DNA of 63,412 nt, counting the filler, from Octopus bimaculoides (Eukaryota): the NCBI RefSeq assembly GCF_001194135.2. It is 4 parts of 4 records of this genome, joined end to end, with 100 filler letters (N's around TTAATTAATTAA, not from the genome) between each part and the next. Parts side by side here need not be neighbours in the genome. Positions count along the whole stretch, not along the records: positions 47,365 to 63,412 come from NC_068984.1; 3 more parts are not named here. The stretch is one strand, 5' to 3'. This document shows, one piece after another, positions 49,170-58,782 of this stretch. The position numbers and the translations under genes were made by a program. The stretch's first letter is position 1, and every line of letters starts with the position of its first letter. The notes under the pieces were generated by a model. It did not search any database. It saw only the letters and a list, made by a program, of their open reading frames with translations, and was not told the DNA's origin.

Positions 49170-49266
49170 TCGCGGTACACGTATTTCAAGCTTTATACAC
49201 AAACTGTCATTACATCAGTATACATTGTTGATATAAAGGATGGTTTAAAGCTATCTTCAGCCGCAA
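49170..49266 (-). ncRNA. Minimal type-I hammerhead ribozyme candidate (Penelope-associated type)
   Basis: 5'-UUGCGG CUGAAGA U AGCUUUA[loop]UAAAGCU U GAAA UACGUG UA| CCGCGA-3'. Stem I 6 bp (one G-U), canonical CUGANGA and GAAA, stem II 7 bp, near-palindromic stem III, GUA cleavage triplet. Confidence 0.7.
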
Positions 49267-49756
49267 ACATTTTCAGTCTCAAGATTACATCACAAAGAAA
49301 AAAGAAAAAGAGAGAAAAAGGAAGAGTCCACTTAATATTATCCATTATAATAGATTTATCCTTTAAACTGTTATATCTGCATAAATGTTCGTTGGATTTC
49401 AGAAATCTGTCCATACTGTACCACAATTCAGCATAGAGTGAATGATAAATAGGTTGGATTGTATTTAACTAACGTATATAAGATAGAAAGAGAAGATCAA
49501 AAATAAAATAAAAGTTACAGAATAAAAAAATAAAATAAAAAATAAAATATAAAGGTAATAGAAGTCAAATCGAGAGTAATATACGTAAAAATACGGATAA
49601 TAAAGTTAGATACTATATAAATAAGATTTAGCAAAATTTGAATAAAGTAACAAAAGAAATAAAAGAATTGGAATAAAGTAACATAAGATTACAGATTACA
49701 AACACTTTTTCAACTTACGGAGCACTAAATTTCCGTGACTTCACAGTATGGTGGCC

Positions 49757-49757
49757 C

Positions 49758-49812
<55 letters not shown>

Positions 49813-51325
49813 TAATTCGTTTTATTGGCCACAAGGGCTAATATCAATTAAAAACATATAAGGACAAAGACAGGACGAAGGTTACAAAAGGTTTTGTCCA
49901 AAAAGGTAGGAAAGTTCGTCTAATCAGGAAGAAAACGGAGAAAGACATAATAAATAAATAGATAAATAAATAGATAAATAAATAGATAAATAAATAAGTA
50001 GAACTCCCAAAGGGGGAGGCGCTTCGAAAAAGGAAAGGTTACACGTGGAAAAACCCATAAAACCACGGGAGCCTGGTCAGAAAAAATAAGAAAGGGGTAT
50101 AGAGCCCTTTCTCCTTTTACATTNNNNNNNNNNNNNNNNNNNNNNNNNNNNNNNNNNNNNNNNNNNNNNNNNNNNNNNNNNNNNNNNNNNNNNNNNNNNN
50201 NNNNNNNNNNNNNNNNNNNNNNNNNNNNNNNNNNNNNNNNNNNNNNNNNNNNNNNNNNNNNNNNNNNNNNNNNNNNNNNNNNNNNNNNNNNNNNNNNNNN
50301 NNNNNNNNNNNNNNNNNNNNNNNNNNNNNNNNNNNNNNNNNNNNNNNNNNNNNNNNNNNNNNNNNNNNNNNNNNNNNNNNNNNNNNNNNNNNNNNNNNNN
50401 NNNNNNNNNNNNNNNNNNNNNNNNNNNNNNNNNNNNNNNNNNNNNNNNNNNNNNNNNNNNNNNNNNNNNNNNNNNNNNNNNNNNNNNNNNNNNNNNNNNN
50501 NNNNNNNNNNNNNNNNNNNNNNNNNNNNNNNNNNNNNNNNNNNNNNNNNNNNNNNNNNNNNNNNNNNNNNNNNNNNNNNNNNNNNNNNNNNNNNNNNNNN
50601 NNNNNNNNNNNNNNNNNNNNNNNNNNNNNNNNNNNNNNNNNNNNNNNNNNNNNNNNNNNNNNNNNNNNNNNNNNNNNNNNNNNNNNNNNNNNNNNNNNNN
50701 NNNNNNNNNNNNNNNNNNNNNNNNNNNNNNNNNNNNNNNNNNNNNNNNNNNNNNNNNNNNNNNNNNNNNNNNNNNNNNNNNNNNNNNNNNNNNNNNNNNN
50801 NNNNNNNNNNNNNNNNNNNNNNNNNNNNNNNNNNNNNNNNNNNNNNNNNNNNNNNNNNNNNNNNNNNNNNNNNNNNNNNNNNNNNNNNNNNNNNNNNNNN
50901 NNNNNNNNNNNNNNNNNNNNNNNNNNNNNNNNNNNNNNNNNNNNNNNNNNNNNNNNNNNNNNNNNNNNNNNNNNNNNNNNNNNNNNNNNNNNNNNNNNNN
51001 NNNNNNNNNNNNNNNNNNNNNNNNNNNNNNNNNNNNNNNNNNNNNNNNNNNNNNNGGTCAAACGGTAATAGATGACGGATGCGATGTACGCATTCGCCAC
51101 CTCCGCTCGACCTTTCAAGGAGAGCTTCCTCTCAGCCCATTTCTGGGTGAGGTTGGCCACCCTGTTCGTCACTTCTTCCCAGTTTTTCTCCAACTGGAGG
51201 TCCGGACCGAACCAGACCCCGAGCAGTTTAACGGGTCCGTCTGTCCAGCACCCTACGACTCTGTTGGACGGCATGGACTTGCCCCTCCAGGTGCCTAGTT
51301 GCAAGCCCACTGACTTTTCCGCGTT
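49757..51325 (-). mobile_element. 5'-truncated Tx1/L1-clade LINE (RT thumb region, gap, 3' UTR, (ATT)n tail)
   Basis: KSVGLQLGTWRGK...VKLLGVWFGPDLQLEKNWEEV...WAERKLSLKGRAEVANAYIASVIYYRLT; the 3' end ...CCAATAAAAC.AATT runs into (ATT)n at 49757-49812. Confidence 0.85.
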
Positions 51326-51655
51326 AATATCAGCGCAGTGCTATTTTTCAGCGTGGCGGTATCTCTTAGATACCCTGTATTATAATTTAAAATAATTATT
51401 ACCTTTGATGTTTTTTATTCCCATGCTGGCCACTTGATAAGATCAATATTTTAAATATCGATCATATCCTTATTTATAGAAATTTATTTTGTCAGTGTAT
51501 TTACTGCGCTGATATTCTGTCCGTATCGCACGGGGAGTTTTTAGGCGGGCTATTTAAGCTAGTCGTGTACATACGTGCATATATATGTGTGTATACGTCC
51601 GTGTATGTAAGTATACTGTTTATATACATATATCTGTATTTATGTGCCTGAGTAT

Positions 51656-51714
51656 ATTCCACCGATGAAGGCAAAGCATTATTTATGCAAAGCCAGAAAT
51701 CCGGGATCTGGAAT
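51656..51714 (+). ncRNA. Minimal type-I hammerhead-ribozyme-like motif (U4C core variant)
   Basis: AUUCCA CCGAUGA A GGC[AAA GCAU UAUUU AUGC AAA]GCC A GAAA UCCGGGA UC| UGGAAU. Perfect 6-bp stem I, AUCC/GGAU stem III, AUC triplet. Confidence 0.55.
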
Positions 51715-52532
51715 TATCTTGTTATTTTTACTGGTTTATTTTGTCTTCGTTTTCGCTCCTGGTGCTATGTGGACATTTATTGTGGTTTTAGAGTCAGGAT
51801 TTGACTGCTATTTTTCAGCGTGGCGGTATCTCTTAGATANNNNNNNNNNNNNNNNNNNNNNNNNNNNNNNNNNNNNNNNNNNNNNNNNNNNNNNNNNNNN
51901 NNNNNNNNNNNNNNNNNNNNNNNNNNNNNNNNNNNNNNNNNNNNNNNNNNNNNNNNNNNNNNNNNNNNNNNNNNNNNNNNNNNNNNNNNNNNNNNNNNNN
52001 NNNNNNNNNNNNNNNNNNNNNNNNNNNNNNNNNNNNNNNNNNNNNNNNNNNNNNNNNNNNNNNNNNNNNNNNNNNNNNNNNNNNNNNNNTATTTATATAT
52101 AATTACTTTTTCTATCAGTAATTAAAAATAGAACAAGGTGATTTGGTTCTTTTCAAGGCCAAGGTCAGCGCTCTCATTGATCGCTAGTAGTAGTAAACAC
52201 ATTTGAGGCCACTTTTGTCTCCTTATTGCACAGGAATGCCCATTGCTGAACACTTCACCGTTTGCCGAATCTATTTACAGACCTGTGGAATTTAATCCAT
52301 TCACCAAGCTGTCTATCTTGCTTCTACTATTCCCTTAAACACTCACATGAAATTAAACAACATCCAATAATACCTTTTAATAATAAATGGAAATAATAAT
52401 AATGATGGTAATAATGGTGATGGTGGTAATAATGATAATAATAATAATTTAGTCAAAACTCCTGTCGGATCAATGACAAATAGTAAAAAAATGAAAATAA
52501 TAATATAAATGATATAAATAATAATAATAATG

Positions 52533-52885
52533 AAAGGAAATGACTGGAATCTCCCTAAGCTCTGATTGATCTAGTGATGGTGTCACAATAAAAACGCTGG
52601 TAATCGCGCAACCTGATAATCGCTACTTCATATGAATGACAATGAAAAAACAGAATATTTTGAATAACGGTGGTAATGAAACTGAAGCCCTTGATGGTGA
52701 CAGGATCAGAGATACTGATCCTACTCCAGCCTGTCGTTATCCAGCAAGGGACCAGCACACACAGCGTAGATGGAACAAACAAGTCAATGCTGTGGTCATG
52801 GACTGTTACTACCTGAGCAACCCCGTAGACGAAAATGGTGTTCCTCTTAGGACATACCTACAATGTATGTATGATCAATGGAGAG
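52533..52885 (+). mobile_element. R4/Dong-like retrotransposon 5' end (5' UTR and ORF N-terminus) directly after a (TAA)n tract
   Basis: RRWNKQVNAVVMDCYYLSNPVDENGVPLRTYLQCMYDQWRERGTF is the N-terminal motif I recall for this clade. Confidence 0.7.
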
Positions 52886-53182
52886 AAAGAGGAACATTTT
52901 ATCTGGAAAACACAGTCCTCAGATCTCAATATTATTGAACATTTACGGTGCATTTTAGAAAAACAAGTAAGGAGTCGATATCCTCCACCATCATCACTAC
53001 AAGAACCGGAGTCTGTTTTAGATGAAGAATGGACAAAAATTGCTTTGGAAACAGTTCAAAAATTGTACGAGTCCATACCTCATTGAATTCAAGCTGTAAT
53101 TACTTCCAAAGCGGTCCTACCCCATATTAAAATCAATTTGTTTGAAATTTTAAGTTGTTTCCATTATTTTGTTCAACCACTA
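52885..53182 (+). mobile_element. Tc1 transposon 3' fragment (catalytic E motif to right TIR)
   Basis: QSSDLNIIEHL.CILEKQVRSRYPPPSSLQE.ESVLDEEWTKI...KLYESIP, ending TTTTGTTCAACCAC|TA. Confidence 0.8.
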
Positions 53183-53196
53183 TATATATGTATACG

Positions 53197-53350
53197 ACAG
53201 GCTTCTTTCAGTTTTCGTCTACCAAATCCACTCACAGAGCTTTGGTTGGGCCGAGACTATAGTAGAAGAGACTTGGACAAGTTGCCACGCCGTGGGACTG
53301 AACCCGCAACCATGTGGTTGGGAAGTAAGCTTCTTACTACACAGCTACTC
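53197..53350 (-). mobile_element. tRNA-derived SINE family A head (CpG-retaining copy)
   Basis: ACGACAGGCTTCTTTCAGTTTTCGTCTACC...CACGCCGTGGGACTGAACCCGCAACCATGTGGTTGGG...CACAGC. Confidence 0.85.
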
Positions 53351-54187
53351 ATACATATACATGTACATACACACACGCACTCACACACACACACACATAT
53401 ACATACATATGTATATGTACACACAGACATGTGTGTATATATATATATATATACACACAGACGTGTGCATATATATTTATATATATATATACGTATATGT
53501 ATATATATNNNNNNNNNNNNNNNNNNNNNNNNNNNNNNNNNNNNNNNNNNNNNNNNNNNNNNNNNNNNNNNNNNNNNNNNNNNNNNNNNNNNNNNNNNNN
53601 NNNNNNNNNNNNNNNNNNNNNNNNNNNNNNNNNNNNNNNNNNNNNNNNNNNNNNNNNNNNNNNNNNNNNNNNNNNNNNNNNNNNNNNNNNNNNNNNNNNN
53701 NNNNNNNNNNNNNNNNNNNNNNNNNNNNNNNNNNNNNNNNNNNNNNNNNNNNNNNNNNNNNNNNNNNNNNNNNNNNNNNNNNNNNNNNNNNNNNNNNNNN
53801 NNNNNNNNNNNNNNNNNNNNNNNNNNNNNNNNNNNNNNNNNNNNNNNNNNNNNNNNNNNNNNNNNNNNNNNNNNNNNNNNNNNNNNNNNNNNNNNNNNNN
53901 NNNNNNNNNNNNNNNNNNNNNNNNNNNNNNNNNNNNNNNNNNNNNNNNNNNNNNNNNNNNNNNNNNNNNNNNNNNNNNNNNNNNNNNNNNNNNNNNNNNN
54001 NNNNNNNNNNNNNNNNNNNNNNNNNNNNNNNNNNNNNNNNNNNNNNNNNNNNNNNNNNNNNNNNNNNNNNNNNNNNNNNNNNNNNNNNNNNNNNNNNNNN
54101 NNNNNNNNNNNNNNNNNNNNNNNNNNNNNNNNNNNNNNNNNNNNNNNNATGGGAGGGTCGGTAGTTTTCACATTTCGGTGATTTTTT

Positions 54188-54331
54188 CAGATTAACACCC
54201 GCACGATTACCTAACCCTAACCCTAAAACCGTAACCGTAAGACTAACCCTCATCGTAACCCTAAAACCGTAACCCTGACCCAAAAACCGTAACCCTAACA
54301 CCCTAGTGAAAATCGTGCGGGTGTTAATCTG
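54188..54331. mobile_element. Palindromic MITE with perfect 21-bp TIRs and a telomere-like (CCCTAA)-derived core
   Basis: CAGATTAACACCCGCACGATT (54188-54208) / AATCGTGCGGGTGTTAATCTG (54311-54331). Confidence 0.8.
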
Positions 54332-54406
54332 AATAATAATAATAATGACCTCTGCAGATCAAACTCCCAACCCACATCTAAGTCTTAAGTGCATATATAT
54401 ATGGGC

Positions 54407-54449
<43 letters not shown>

Positions 54450-54927
54450 AAAAATGACAGGTATTTGTATGCATGTGTGTATTAATGTGTATTCTGTGTC
54501 TATATATGGTAGTAAGTAAATGCGTTTTAAGAAAGATATTAAAAAAATTCAGTTTGTAANNNNNNNNNNNNNNNNNNNNNNNNNNNNNNNNNNNNNNNNN
54601 NNNNNNNNNNNNNNNNNNNNNNNNNNNNNNNNNNNNNNNNNNNNNNNNNNNNNNNNNNNNNNNNNNNNNNNNNNNNNNNNNNNNNNNNNNNNNNNNNNNN
54701 NNNNNNNNNNNNNNNNNNNNNNNNNNNNNNNNNNNNNNNNNNNNATTCTCCACCTGCCCGAAGCCGCCGTTGTGTGAAAAATTTAAAATAATAATAATAA
54801 TGACCTCTGCAGATCAAACTCCCAACCCACATCTAAGTCTTAAGTGCATATATATATGGGCAACACACACACTAAATAGAAAAGATGTTAGTAATTAAAA
54901 GTGTTTTAAAAAAGATTGTTAAATTTT

Positions 54928-54996
54928 CAGATTAACACCCGTACGATTTTCACTACAGTGTTAGGGTTAGGTAGGTAATGATGCGGGTGTTAATCT
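54928..54996. mobile_element. Shorter, inverted copy of the same palindromic MITE
   Basis: CAGATTAACACCCGTACGATT...TTAGGGTTAGG...ATGCGGGTGTTAATCT. Confidence 0.75.
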
Positions 54997-55271
54997 CAAG
55001 ATTTACGAAAAGATTTTCAAAAAAAAACTCACAGTTTGTAGGGAATAAATGTCTCGCTGGTAAATGACGGTGTTAGAAATGGAAAGTTTACTGCTGTAGT
55101 TTTATGAACTTTATCCATTATTACGAAATTTTTGGAGTGAAAAAATGACGCAGTGACCTAACAAATTGTATTTAGAATATTAATTACGATTGTTTAATCG
55201 AAGAAATTTTGAATTGTGTAAATGTATGAATTTTAAACATACACACACACAGAGTAGATTTGCCTTTTATA

Positions 55272-55366
<95 letters not shown>

Positions 55367-55429
55367 CAAATGAGAATACATACATATATTTATGCACACT
55401 CACATATATAAGTATAAAGAGAGAGAGAG

Positions 55430-55460
<31 letters not shown>

Positions 55461-56925
55461 AAGAGAGAGAGTGGGTGAAAAGGAACGATGAATGGCTTCT
55501 ACAGTTACAATTTCCCAAATTCCCATCGCAGGCATTGGAGAAATCGAGGTTATAAAAGTATACGCCTGTCTAACGTGTATGGTCTCGATCTGGTGCCACA
55601 TTATATAAAATAAACGTCATAAGCACACATGTAATCCGTCGCCATGGCGTCTATCTAAAATCACCATTACAACTTACAACTCTCTTTTACAAAGTCACTA
55701 GCGTCTACAATAGATTTGTGTCCACTAAGTATCTTACAATAACATTGATCTTAAGTAGACATGACAATGGAAACACTGTATAATCAATTTAATTGAAGGA
55801 AAATTGAATATTCTCCCCTCATTTTCATTACTACTTCGCTTTAGATATTATAGATGTGACAGATATTGATCTATTGATTGCGCAGTTCATTCTAACCTTA
55901 TTGATTTTTGTTCCATCACTTTGCCATTTTACAGCAACCTTGTGAAATTGTCTTCAACGTTCTTAATCGAAGCCGTTATCGTTCTATCTCAGTAAACTGT
56001 TCAGACCCACCATTACGATGTATGTTTCTTGGGCTTCTAACATCGATATAGTTTAAAGGTGCTAGCACATGCATGTATGCATATACACGAAGACACACAT
56101 TTGTAAATACGCGATATACATCCGTGTTTGTGTATGTGTGTGTGTACCTCTATGCATATATATGCATTTATGCATATATACGTGTATACATGCACACACA
56201 GAGGCACATATATATTGCTACTACGCTGACACTATAAATGTATCAAACAGAATAATTCGGTATACAGATTTATATATGTGTGTATGTGTGTGCATGTACA
56301 TGTAGTGTTTATTTATGTATAGGTGTATGGCCTACATAGCAATTTACAAGTAACACAACTACTGTCACGCACACATACAAAGAAGAGTAATTCAAGGTGT
56401 TATAAATAGTAGCTAAATCTCCCTGAAGCCAGTCCATCATTCTCATTAAGACATGATTCTAAATTACATCAATGTCATCATAGATACTAACAAAAACAGC
56501 ACAATGGTAAATCAATAATAACACCGCTAGTAATACTCCCATCACAACCGCAACATCTACATTACTACCACAATATGAGGTACTAGGTGGGTATCTCATA
56601 GCAACGAAGGCAAGCATTTTTTGTATCCATAACCCCAGATCGATCCATACCTTGTGAGTGAAATCAGATAAAAGGAAACTGTATGCAATCCCATCAGGTG
56701 TTTTATACTTGTAGTTCAAAGGTTACACATTGTAGCTCAAACTGTAACTACATATGATCATATAATGATTCTTCCATTAATGATACCAATGTTTGTGGAA
56801 TAACCAGTTAGAGTGACCAATCGTCTTGCATCCACTAAGGGCTTAACTCCATGGACGTCTCGTCAAACTCTAAAGCCGAAGACAAATGTAACTTTTCACC
56901 TCTGGGAGGCAGGAATCCGTTACAG

Positions 56926-57225
56926 GTGAAGGCACATGGCTCAGTTGTTAGAACGTTGGGCTCACAATCATGAGGAATTGAGTGAGTTCGATTCCCGGAC
57001 TGGGCACTATGTTGTGTTCTTGAGTAAGACACTTTATTTCACATTGCCCCAGTTCACTCAGCTGTAGAAATGGGTTGCGACGTCACTGGTGCCAAAATTT
57101 ATTGTCCTTTGCCTCTCCCTTGGATGACATCAGTGGTGTCGAGAGGGGAGGTTGGTATGCATGGGCGACTGCTGGTCTCAGTGCAATCACGTGGTCATTC
57201 ATGACCGAAGGGGGGGGCTTTACCC
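56926..57225 (+). mobile_element. tRNA-derived SINE family E variant
   Basis: GAAGGCACATGGCTCAGTTGTTAGAACG...GAGTTCGATTCCCGGAC...TTGTGTTCTTGAGTAAGACACTTTATTTCAC...GACCGAAGGGGG.CTTTACCCT. Confidence 0.85.
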
Positions 57226-57234
57226 TCTTCACCC

Positions 57235-57432
57235 TTGGCCTTGGGATTTGTTGATGGACATGGCAATCTGCGGAAGTTAAACGACATGTCTGACCCCGAG
57301 GGATAAAGATGCATCCTTGAAATGAAAACATTTTCCCCCTCCAGCACCCCCGTAACAATGGTGGCCTCAATAAATTGGGGCGTCAGGGTCTTGACTACCA
57401 AGCGGGTCCCGTTGCACTGTATAGGCGGATAA
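57235..57432 (-). mobile_element. Helitron RepHel PIF1-like helicase fragment
   Basis: PPIQCNGTRLVVKTLTPQFIEATIVTGVLEGENVFISRM...SDMSFNFRR (frameshift) AMSINKSQGQ. Confidence 0.85.
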
Positions 57433-58633
57433 AGCGTGTGCTCTTTATCCCATTTGAGTTTTATTGAATGATTGTGTAAATTTGTCTTAATAATAGGATA
57501 TATTGTAAATCTGTACACACAAACACACATTTGGTGTTATTGTTGTTGTGATGCGTGTACTCTTTATCCCATTTGAGTTGTTGTTTTGAATGGCAGGAGA
57601 TAAGTTTCAGCAAGCTTGGAAAGCATGTTCGAAATTCGTTTCTAATGTTGAACTGCCACATATCAAAAAATGCTTTAAGTCACATCAGAAAGAAAATGGC
57701 TACAGCATGAAGACATCAAATTGCTNNNNNNNNNNNNNNNNNNNNNNNNNNNNNNNNNNNNNNNNNNNNNNNNNNNNNNNNNNNNNNNNNNNNNNNNNNN
57801 NNNNNNNNNNNNNNNNNNNNNNNNNNNNNNNNNNNNNNNNNNNNNNNNNNNNNNNNNNNNNNNNNNNNNNNNNNNNNNNNNNNNNNNNNNNNNNNNNNNN
57901 NNNNNNNNNNNNNNNNNNNNNNNNNNNNNNNNNNNNNNNNNNNNNNNNNNNNNNNNNNNNNNNNNNNNNNNNNNNNNNNNNNNNNNNNNNNNNNNNNNNN
58001 NNNNNNNNNNNNNNNNNNNNNNNNNNNNNNNNNNNNNNNNNNNNNNNNNNNNNNNNNNNNNNNNNNNNNNNNNNNNNNNNNNNNNNNNNNNNNNNNNNNN
58101 NNNNNNNNNNNNNNNNNNNNNNNNNNNNNNNNNNNNNNNNNNNNNNNNNNNNNNNNNNNNNNNNNNNNNNNNNNNNNNNNNNNNNNNNNNNNNNNNNNNN
58201 NNNNNNNNNNNNNNNNNNNNNNNNNNNNNNNNNNNNNNNNNNNNNNNNNNNNNNNNNNNNNNNNNNNNNNNNNNNNNNNNNNNNNNNNNNNNNNNNNNNN
58301 NNNNNNNNNNNNNNNNNNNNNNNNNNNNNNNNNNNNNNNNNNNNNNNNNNNNNNNNNNNNNNNNNNNNNNNNNNNNNNNNNNNNNNNNNNNNNNNNNNNN
58401 NNNNNNNNNNNNNNNNNNNNNNNNNNNNNNNNNNNNNNNNNNNNNNNNNNNNNNNNNNNNNNNNNNNNNNNNNNNNNNNNNNNNNNNNNNNNNNNNNNNN
58501 NNNNNNNNNNNNNNNNNNNNNNNNNNNNNNNNNNNNNNNNNNNNNNNNNNNNNNNNNNNNNNNNNNNNNNNNNNNNNNNNNNNNNNNNNNNNNNNNNNNN
58601 NNNNNTATATATATATATATATATATATACAAT

Positions 58634-58668
<35 letters not shown>

Positions 58669-58782
58669 GCATACTAAACACGCGGACAGACACGCATGTG
58701 TACATATAGAAATACAACCAGACACACGAACACATGGCTAGGGGGAAGGGGAGAGGGGGAGAGTTCATTGAATTATTATTAT

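Noticed and set aside
54208-54310. True telomere or telomere fusion
   Set aside because: Short, degenerate and enclosed by TIRs of a repeated MITE.
54332-54871. Identical duplicate of about 85 bp (54332-54420 and 54788-54871); also 43055-43076/43328-43349 and 51337-51372/51806-51839
   Set aside because: Each copy lies at or near a gap edge; most likely overlapping contig ends or allelic redundancy, not biological duplication.
56455-56680. N/S/T-rich stretch resembling a GPCR N-terminus (NSTM, NNTAS...PQYEVLGGYLI)
   Set aside because: It needs a frameshift, has no TM1-TM2 motifs and stops early.
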